Positions 1 through 8,230 of a DNA stretch of 64,000 bases are shown piece after piece; the first letter of the stretch is position 1; each line of letters starts with the position of its first letter. The position numbers and the translations under genes are program-made. The notes beneath the pieces were generated by a model. The model searched no databases. It saw nothing but the letters and a program-made list of their open reading frames with translations, and was not told the DNA's origin. Source of the DNA: Oikopleura dioica (Eukaryota; Animalia; Chordata); the NCBI GenBank assembly GCA_907165135.1, contig CAJRAX010000007.1, positions 67,585-131,584 on the forward strand, given 5' to 3'.

Positions 1-2274
1 ATTCTTTCACAAATCATTAAATTCGTAAAAATCGATCGTTGGCCGAATAACCCAAAAAATGAGATATTATTTTACTGGCTCTTAAGGGAAAATCTCTCAA
101 TGACAGAAAATGACGAGCTTGTTTATCATGATTGCTTTGGTAACAAACGCTACCCCATTCCCACAAATTTAGAATCAGAAATAGTCCAAAACTACCACGA
201 TTACTGTCACTCAGGAATCGATCAAACTTTTTCTAAGATATCTTCAAAATACATTTGGCCAAAAATGAGGGAGAAAATAAAAGAATTCATAAGATCCTGC
301 GATTTTTGTCAGAAAGATAAGCCAAATTTTCACCCAAATAAAGCGCCAATTCTTTCGTTTAAAACCCCTAATGGGCCCTTCGAAGTTTTCGGTTTTGATC
401 TTATAACGCTTCCCCCAACTGATTTAGGTCATAAATACGTTATGGTTATGATTGATTTTTTCTCTAAATTTGCGTACTGTGAGCCACTACGATCACGCGA
501 CTCAAAGCATCTTCTCGACAAATTTAAATCAGTTATTTTTAAAAATCCATTCTTTCCGAAATACGTTGTTTTAGATAACGCTCGGGAACATAATGAAATT
601 GCTAAATTTATGAAGGAAAATAATATTGAGCCCCATTTTACGCCACCAAGACATCCGTCTTCTAACGGACAAGTTGAAAATTACAATCGAACACTCAAAA
701 GTAGATTGCGGGCAAGAACAAATTATGAAAATTGGGACCTGATGCTACAAGAAATTGTTCATGATTTAAATAATTCTCTTCATTCAGTTACTAAAACAAC
801 TCCTTTCTCTATCCAATTAGGCGTTAAGAATTCGCATAATATTTTTGATTCAAATTTTCGAACATATAATGAAAAAAGCGACATTAATTTCAAAGACATT
901 AAAAACCTTTTAGATGCCGAAAAACAGCTAAGAATTTCTAAATTTTCGAACCCTCGATTTCAACAATATAATTTAGGCGAACTCGTTCTAATGAAGAATT
1001 TTGAATCAAAAAAACCGGCTTTTTTAGGCCCATTCAAAATCATTGAAAAATCAAAGGAAGGTACTTGGTACAAAATTGAAGCTAATCATAAAATATATCG
1101 TCGGCATGCTGATGATCTTAAGAAATACATTTTAAGAGAAGATAAAAGCCATGAATTCATTCCAAAAAAATCTGAGATCAAAAATAATGACGTTATGATT
1201 CAAAATTTTGGTTACCCGACAGAGACAAGTTTTTGCATTATTTCTGATGATTCAACCATAGAAACAAAAGAAGAGAAAAAACTTGATGAAATTTCAGAAA
1301 TGATGGTCGAGACGATCACGAACTCAATATTTTTTAGTTTTCTTGAAGAATTAATAGTTTCCACGGAGGAATCATCAGAGGAGTGTAGCTCGGTAATTTC
1401 GGTTATTGAAAACAATGATGCTGATGATAAACTCGAAGTTATTTCGAATTCGTCCTTCTCGGAATTACCAAAACCAGATATTTCGGAAATACGGGAGGAG
1501 ACCCAGGATTTTACTGATACGGATTGTGAGACTGAAAACGACCCTAGTATGTTTGAAGTGACGCTGAGTGAGGCTGAGGAGGAGCCCGTAGATTTGAGCC
1601 CTAAAGAAAATGAAGATCCTCATTTAACATCATACAGTAGATTAGATATTTCGGGAAATTATAATTTTCAAACAAAGAAACGAGTAAGAGAGTCATCAAA
1701 AGATTCTAATCCAGAGGCAAAAATTCCAAATTTAAACGAAATTGATAATTTTGAAATAATCGAGGATGATTCTATGGATTTTTCGCTCGCAATAAAATTC
1801 GAAAACGAAAACCAGGCATTTTTTGACCAACTTGATGAAAAATACAAAGATTTTAGAGCGGACATGATAATTGAAAAAGGTTGCGTTCTTAAATTGGGCG
1901 AATTAACAAAATTGACTCTGTTTTATATACTTGATAAGTTTGAGGTTGAATACGAGGCGAGCAGTAATGCATCGGAACTAAAAATTAAAATACGAGAGTA
2001 CATTAAAAGAAATTACCCGAATTGGCGAAAAAGTAATTCAGGCGAGTATTTATTCCTTTCAGTTTTAAATTTGAAAGAAGATAAACTCTTGCATGAATTA
2101 TCGAAACCCGAATTAAAGGTCCTTATTGCTCAGTATAATCTGCCACAATCTTTGATAAAAACAAGCAAATCGGAAATGCAATTTTTCATTATGGAATCCT
2201 TCGCTTCTATGTATCCAAACCACCCAAAAAAATCAAATGACCTTCTTTTTGGACCAAGCATATTCAAAGAATAA
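1..2274 (+). CDS. pol: pol, partial: integrase (HHCC, DDE, GPF) plus acidic linker and C-terminal tandem helical domain
   Basis: Frame is open from base 1 (ILSQIIKFVKIDRWP). Motifs YHDYCH..CDFC, GFDLI, LDNA, NGQVENYNR, FLGPF; close homologue of D pol. Confidence 0.93.
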   Translation: MLSQIIKFVKIDRWPNNPKNEILFYWLLRENLSMTENDELVYHDCFGNKRYPIPTNLESEIVQNYHDYCHSGIDQTFSKISSKYIWPKMREKIKEFIRSCDFCQKDKPNFHPNKAPILSFKTPNGPFEVFGFDLITLPPTDLGHKYVMVMIDFFSKFAYCEPLRSRDSKHLLDKFKSVIFKNPFFPKYVVLDNAREHNEIAKFMKENNIEPHFTPPRHPSSNGQVENYNRTLKSRLRARTNYENWDLMLQEIVHDLNNSLHSVTKTTPFSIQLGVKNSHNIFDSNFRTYNEKSDINFKDIKNLLDAEKQLRISKFSNPRFQQYNLGELVLMKNFESKKPAFLGPFKIIEKSKEGTWYKIEANHKIYRRHADDLKKYILREDKSHEFIPKKSEIKNNDVMIQNFGYPTETSFCIISDDSTIETKEEKKLDEISEMMVETITNSIFFSFLEELIVSTEESSEECSSVISVIENNDADDKLEVISNSSFSELPKPDISEIREETQDFTDTDCETENDPSMFEVTLSEAEEEPVDLSPKENEDPHLTSYSRLDISGNYNFQTKKRVRESSKDSNPEAKIPNLNEIDNFEIIEDDSMDFSLAIKFENENQAFFDQLDEKYKDFRADMIIEKGCVLKLGELTKLTLFYILDKFEVEYEASSNASELKIKIREYIKRNYPNWRKSNSGEYLFLSVLNLKEDKLLHELSKPELKVLIAQYNLPQSLIKTSKSEMQFFIMESFASMYPNHPKKSNDLLFGPSIFKE

Positions 2275-2327
2275 ATTGTTCATTGCAAAAAAGATGCTCC
2301 ATAAAAGATGCCAAGGTTTGGCCATAC

Positions 2328-3366
2328 TGATAATAATAGGCAAAAGAACAATACAAAAAATCGAAAAAAAAATTATTCTTTATCACGGCCCGTTTTCGCC
2401 AATTCGGATAATTATTTGCATGAAAATCACGAATGCGTTAAATCGGACATTGGAGCCAGTTCGAATTCTGCTGGTAAAAATGAGACCATTTTTATCTTAT
2501 TTTTGTAACGTACGCGTTATCACAAAACTCTGAAGGCACATTAGCCACCCGCTTATGCGGTTTTGTTAACCCTTTTCAGTATTTCTAGGATTCCGAATTT
2601 ATTCTTTGCTCAAATTTAATTTCACCTTTCTTAACTTATTTTGAACTTTCAATTTATCCTGTAAGTATCTACTGAACGATTCTCGCTGGACTCATCCCCT
2701 TCCCTTACTCGACAAGCTGTATGGACTTTCATCCTCTCGCAGAGTTCCGCTTTTGCGGCTTGACACTGTGACCCCGTGCCCCGCGGGATGGCGGTGTCAG
2801 TAAGTGCTCCGAGGTAGGCGACGTTTGTATGAACACTTTTTCGGCTCGATTTAAGACGACTGGCCCTCTTCTTGGATAACGACGAAAATGCGGCTTCAAC
2901 AACTTCGACAGCTTCGACAACTACGACTACTACGACTTGGACAAATGCTATGGACTGACAACGATTATGGAACTGGAATCAGCAAAAATACTTATCAGAA
3001 TGTGATATGGTCACATAGTGAGAAGTTGATCATTCTGATTAGTAATTATTGGCAACGAGCGGCTTTATTTTTGGGAACGAAAAATATCGAAAGAAGAAAA
3101 CATGGAAGAAAATCGGTGCAACTTTCGCGGCGCCATATTTGGAAAGAAAATAAACACGCGAAATGCGTGAAATCGCCTTATTTGGAAATTTAAACATCTG
3201 CGCGAAATTTCATTTGAAAATTTGAACTTTGAAAAATCACTCTTCGTCTTACCAAAAATAATAAAGCCGTCTTCGTTATTTTTCTCGACTCATCCTTAGC
3301 AAGCTGCAATTAGCTTAATTAGTAATTTTTGATTAGCGCCAGTGAGAAAACGCAGAATTTGCATCA
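2328..3366 (+). repeat. 3' LTR of element A (~1039 bp, TGATAA...GCATCA)
   Basis: Boundaries inferred from alignment with the D junction (TGGCCATAC|TGATAA vs TGGTCATAC|TGATAC) and from the satellite start; shares internal blocks with the D LTR. The partner LTR is not in the window. Confidence 0.8.
2742..2818 (+). ncRNA. Putative structured cis-acting RNA element in LTR A, ending in a 5' splice-site-like GAG|GTAGGC
   Basis: Hairpin CCGC-TTTT-GCGG, stem TGACACTG/CGGTGTCA, inner CCCG/CGGG; covaries with B, C, D and E. Confidence 0.6.
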
Positions 3367-6300
3367 CTGTAAATTATCTGAAAACGCCAAAAAACGCATC
3401 AGAATTTTTTTTTATTTTTTTTTTTATTTATTTGAACTGTAAATCATCTGAAAACGCCAAAAACGCATCAGAATTTTTCTTAATTTTTTCGATTTTTTGA
3501 ACTGTAAATCATCTGAAAACGCCAAAAACGCATCAGAATTTTTCTTTATTTTTTTATATTTTTAAGAATTGTAAACCATCTGAAAACGCCAAAAAACGCA
3601 TCAGAATTTATATTTATTTTTCTTTATTTTTATGAACTGTAAATCATCTGAAAACGCAAAAAACGCATCAGAATTTTTATTTTTTTATTTTTATGAACTG
3701 TAAATCATCTTAAAACGCAAAAAACGCATCAGAATTTATATTTATTTTTTTATTTTTATGAACTGTAAATCATCTGAAAACGCCAAAAACGCATCAGAAT
3801 TTTTTAATTTTTTATTTTTATGAACTGTAAATTATCTGAAAACGCCAAAAACGCATCAGAATTTTTTTAATTTTTTCTATTTTTATGAACTGTTAATCAT
3901 CTAAAAACGCCAAAAAACGCATCAGAATTTTTCTTAATTTTTTCGATTTTTTAAACTGTCAATTATCTGAAAACGCCAAAAAATGCATCAGAATTTTTAT
4001 TAATTTTTTTTTTATTTTTATGAATTGTAAATCATCTAATACGGCAAAAAACGCATCAGAATTTTTCTCAATTTTTTTATTATTTTTATGAACTGTAAAT
4101 CATCTGAAAACGCAAAACAACGCATCAGAATTTTGATTAATTTTTTTTTATGAACTGTAAATCATCTGAAAACGCCAAAAACGCATCAGAATTTTTTTAT
4201 TTTTTTATTTTTATGAACTGTAAATCATCTGAAAACGCCAAAAACGCATCAGAAATTTTCTTAATTTTTTCGATTTTTTGAACTGTAAATTATCTGAAAA
4301 CGCCAAGAAACGCATAAGAATTTTTTAATTTTTTATTTTTATGAACTGTAAATCATCTGAAAACGCCAAAAACGCATCAGAATTTTTCTTTATTTTTTGA
4401 TTTTTGAACTGTTAATTATCTAAAAACGCCAAAAACGCATCAGAATTTTTTTAATTTTTGTTTTTATTTTTTGAACTGTAAATCATCTGAAAACGCCGAA
4501 AAACGCATAAGAATTTTTCTTAATTTTTTCGATTTTTTGAGCTGTAAATTATCTGAAAACGCCAAAAACGCATCAGAATTTTTTAATTTTTTATATTTTT
4601 ATGAACTGTAAATCATCTAAAAACGCCAAAAACGCATCAGAATTTTTATTGTTTTTTTTTTTTTATTTTTATGAACTGTTAATCATCTGAAAACGCCAAA
4701 AAACGCATCAGAATTTTTTTATTTTTTTTTTTATGAACTGTAAATCATCTGAAAACGCCAAAAACGCATCAGAATTTTGATTAATTTTTTATTTTTATGA
4801 ACTGTAAATCATCTGAAAACGCCAAAAAACGCATCAGAATTTTTTTAATTTTTTTTTATTTTTATGAACTGTAAATCATCTGAAAACGCCAAAAAACGCA
4901 TCAGAATTTTTTTTAATTTTTTATTTTTATGAACTGTAAATCATCTGAAAACGCCAAAAAACGCATCAGAATTTTTCTTAATTTTTTTTTTTTTTGAACT
5001 GTAAATCATCTGAAAATGCCAAAAACGCATCAGAATTTTTCTTAATTTTTTCGATTTTTTGAACTGTAAATCATCTGAAAACGCCAAAAACGCATCAGAA
5101 TTTTTTAATTTTTTTTATTTTTATGAACTGTAAATCATCTGAAAACGCCAAAAACGCATCTGAATTTTTTTATTTTTTTATTTTTATGAACTGTAAATCA
5201 TCTGAAAACGCCAAAAAACGCATCAGAATTTTTTTATTTTTTATTTTTATGAACTGTTAATTATCTGAAAACGCCAAAAACGTATCAGAATTTTTTTATT
5301 TTTTTAAATTTTTATGAACTGTTAATCATCTTCAAACGCCAAAAACGCATCAGAATTTTTTTATTTTTTTATTTTTATGAACTGTAAATTATCTAAAAAC
5401 GCCAAAAAACGCATCAGAATTTTTTTAATTTTTTGTTTTTATGAACTGTAAATCATCTGAAAACGCCAAAAAACGCATCAGAATTTTTCTTAATTTTTTT
5501 TTATTTTTTTGAACTGTAAATCATCTAAAAATGCCAAAAAACGCATCAGAATTTTTCTTAATTTTTTTCGATTTTTTTGAACTGTAAATCATCTGAGAAC
5601 GCCAAAAAACGCATCAGAATTTTTTTTAATTTTTTTTTTTATTTTTATGAACTGTAAATTATCTGAAAACGCCAAAAAACGCATCAGAATTTTTTTTAAT
5701 TTTTTTTCATTTTTATGAACTGTAAATCATCTAAAAACGCCAAAAAACGCATCAGAATTTTTCTTAATTTTTTTCGATTTTTTCAAACTGTCAATTATCT
5801 GAAAACGACAAAAAATGCATCAGAATTTTTATTAATTTTTTATTTTTATGAATTGTAAATCATCTAATACGGCAAAAACGCATCAGAATTTTTCTCAATT
5901 TTTTTATTATTTTTATGAACTGTAAATCATCTGAAAACGCAAAACAACGCATCAGAATTTTGATTAATTTTTTTTTTATTTTTATGAACTGTAAATCATC
6001 TGAAAACGCCAAAAAACGCATCAGAATTTTTTTTAATTTTTTTTTTTATTTTTATGAACTGTAAATCATCTGAAAACGCCAAAAAACGCATCAGAATTTT
6101 TCTTAATTTTTTTTATTTTTTTGAACTGTAAATCATCTGAAAATGCCAAAAAACGCATCAGAATTTTTCTTAATTTTTTTCGATTTTTTGAACTGTAAAT
6201 TATCTGAAAACGCCAAGAAACGCATAAGAATTTTTTTTAATTTTTTTTTTTATTTTTATGAACTGTAAATCATCTGAAAACGCCAAAAAACGCATCAGAA

Positions 6301-6997
6301 TTTTTCTTTATTTTTTTTGATTTTTGAACTGTTAATTATCTAAAAACGCCAAAAAACGCATCAGAATTTTTTTTTAATTTTTGTTTTAATTTTTTTGAAA
6401 TGTAAATCATCTGAAAACGCCGAAAAACGCATCAGAATTTTTCTTAATTTTTTTCGATTTTTTTGAGCTGTAAATTATCTGAAAACGCCAAAAACGCATC
6501 AGAATTTTTTAATTTTTTATATTTTTATGAACTGTAAATCATCTAAAAACGCCAAAAAACGCATCAGAATTTTTATTGTTTTTTTTTTTTATTTTTATGA
6601 ACTGTTAATCATCTGAAAACGCCAAAAAACGCATCAGAATTTTTTTATTTTTTTTTTATTTTTATGAACTGTAAATCATCTGTAAACGCCAAAAAATGCA
6701 TCAGAATTTTTCTTAATTTTTTTCGATTTTTTTAAACTGTCAATTATCTGAAAACGCCAAAAAACGCATCAGAATTTTTTTATTTTTTTTTTATTTTTAT
6801 GAACTGTAAATCATCTGTAAACGCCAAAAAACGCATCAGAATTTTTCTTAATTTTTTTCGATTTTTTTAAACTGTCAATTATCTGAAAACGCCAAAAAAT
6901 GCATCAGAATTTTTATTAATTTTATTTTTATGAATTGTAAATCATCTAATACGGCAAAAAACGCATCAGAATTTTTCTCAATTTTTTTGTTTATTTC
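3367..6997 (+). repeat. Satellite I tandem array (~60-70 bp unit, about 55 copies), forward orientation
   Basis: Repeated GAACTGTAAATCATCTGAAAACGCCAAAAAACGCATCAGAATT plus T-rich tract; variants recur in a fixed order. Confidence 0.97.
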
Positions 6998-8167
6998 TGA
7001 TACCGACTAAAGAATCTCTCCCTGCGATGTAAATACTTGCAAGTAAAATTCGAAAATAATTTTTTGCTTTTTCGTGGATTTATTTGGAAACGTGAATGAT
7101 TTTCAAAATTTCAAATTTTTGAAGAATAGTATTTTTAAACCGGTTGGTTCCGGATTTTCCATTGTTCCGTCGATGGCGCCATTACGGGCCTTTGTGCTTC
7201 TTACATAATCAATTGATGCCAATTTTTATCTTTTTACGTAACGGTTAATAAATAGACAGTTACATAACTATGTTACGTTTCTTTTCATTTTTTTCATTTT
7301 TGTTGATTTCTTGCCACATGTGGCGCTTTTTCCCAGTTATGAAAAATAAGAGCTTCTCACTATGTGACCACTCATATTTTTCATAATTAGCAAAGTTGTC
7401 GTTTTTGTCAAAGTCCGTTGTCCATGTCCAGTGTCAGTCCAAGCCAGTCCGTTGTCCGTGTTGTAGTTGAAGTTGTTGAAGAAGAAGTTGTCGCCATCGC
7501 CGGTCCATTGTGTAGCCATGATTTCTGTTAATTGGTCAAGTTAACTAGAAAACGCAGCCGTAACAGCTCATCAACGATTTTGATTACCTGGGAGCGCTTA
7601 TGACCACGGTTTACCGGTTTGGGATATTCTGCCCGCGGTTACTTTGTGATCAGCCCTTACGGGAAGCTCAGCCAGTAAGAATCTGTGTTCCAACTTTTCC
7701 GTCGTTGTCGAAGCCATTTGAGATCATCCTTCAGTCGTTGATTTTGACACAGAATAATTAATAAAATCAAGAAATTTTCCGAAAGACACGAGTTAACTTT
7801 GAAATCATAGAAGAAGGCTAATATTGTTTTCTTAAAGAAATTTATTTCTTTCCGATTTTTGAAAACATAAATATCCTAAAACAGTTAATAATAAAACCTT
7901 TTAAAAGCCCTTGACAGTAAGACTTTTAAAAGGCGCGGCTAATGTGCCTTTGAGTAAATATAATCGACGCGTACGTAGACACAATCCTAAAGGTATAAAG
8001 ACTCTTTATAACCTTTGCCCTGACTATTCTACTTAGACCCTGATTCAAAGTAAATTTGAACCATAAGAAACTGATCTGGCTCGTAAGATCATTATAATTC
8101 TAGTGTGATATTTTAATTTTGGCCGTGAAATATTTTTTTTTTGGACCGTTCTCCTCATTAGGTATCA
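6998..8167 (-). repeat. 3' LTR of element B (TGATACC...GGTATCA)
   Basis: Direct repeat of 14177-15346 with a 7-bp terminal inverted repeat. Confidence 0.96.
7582..7669 (-). ncRNA. Putative structured RNA element in LTR B (second copy 14761-14848), ending CAG|GTAATC
   Basis: On the minus strand: CCC-GTAA-GGG hairpin, stem TGATCAC/GTGGTCA, inner ACCG/CGGT and GGG/CCC. Confidence 0.55.
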
Positions 8168-8230
8168 CTGTGACCACACCTAGGGTCATAGACGAGCATC
8201 TTTTCCTATAAGAACGTGTTTTTCAAAGAA

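Larger units (their letters stand above)
1..3366 (+). mobile_element. Ty3/gypsy LTR retrotransposon family A, 3' part (5' part lies outside the window)
   Basis: Integrase-bearing pol end followed by an LTR homologous to the LTR of element D; ends GCATCA directly against satellite CTGTAAATTATC. Confidence 0.93.

Noticed and set aside
2690-2698. ACTCATCCC, matching the recalled 5' end of the Oikopleura spliced leader
   Set aside because: Only 9 nt, present in LTR A alone, and the host species cannot be established from this window.
3008-3025. TGGTCACATAGTGAGAAG as an 18-nt tRNA primer-binding site
   Set aside because: It lies inside the LTR, its complement lacks the invariant C61 of tRNA, and E starts with CGG rather than TGG.
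3367-6997. CRISPR-like array (conserved ~41-bp repeat with variable spacers)
   Set aside because: Spacers are low-complexity T tracts that recur, there are no cas genes, and the context is a eukaryotic subtelomere; this is a satellite.
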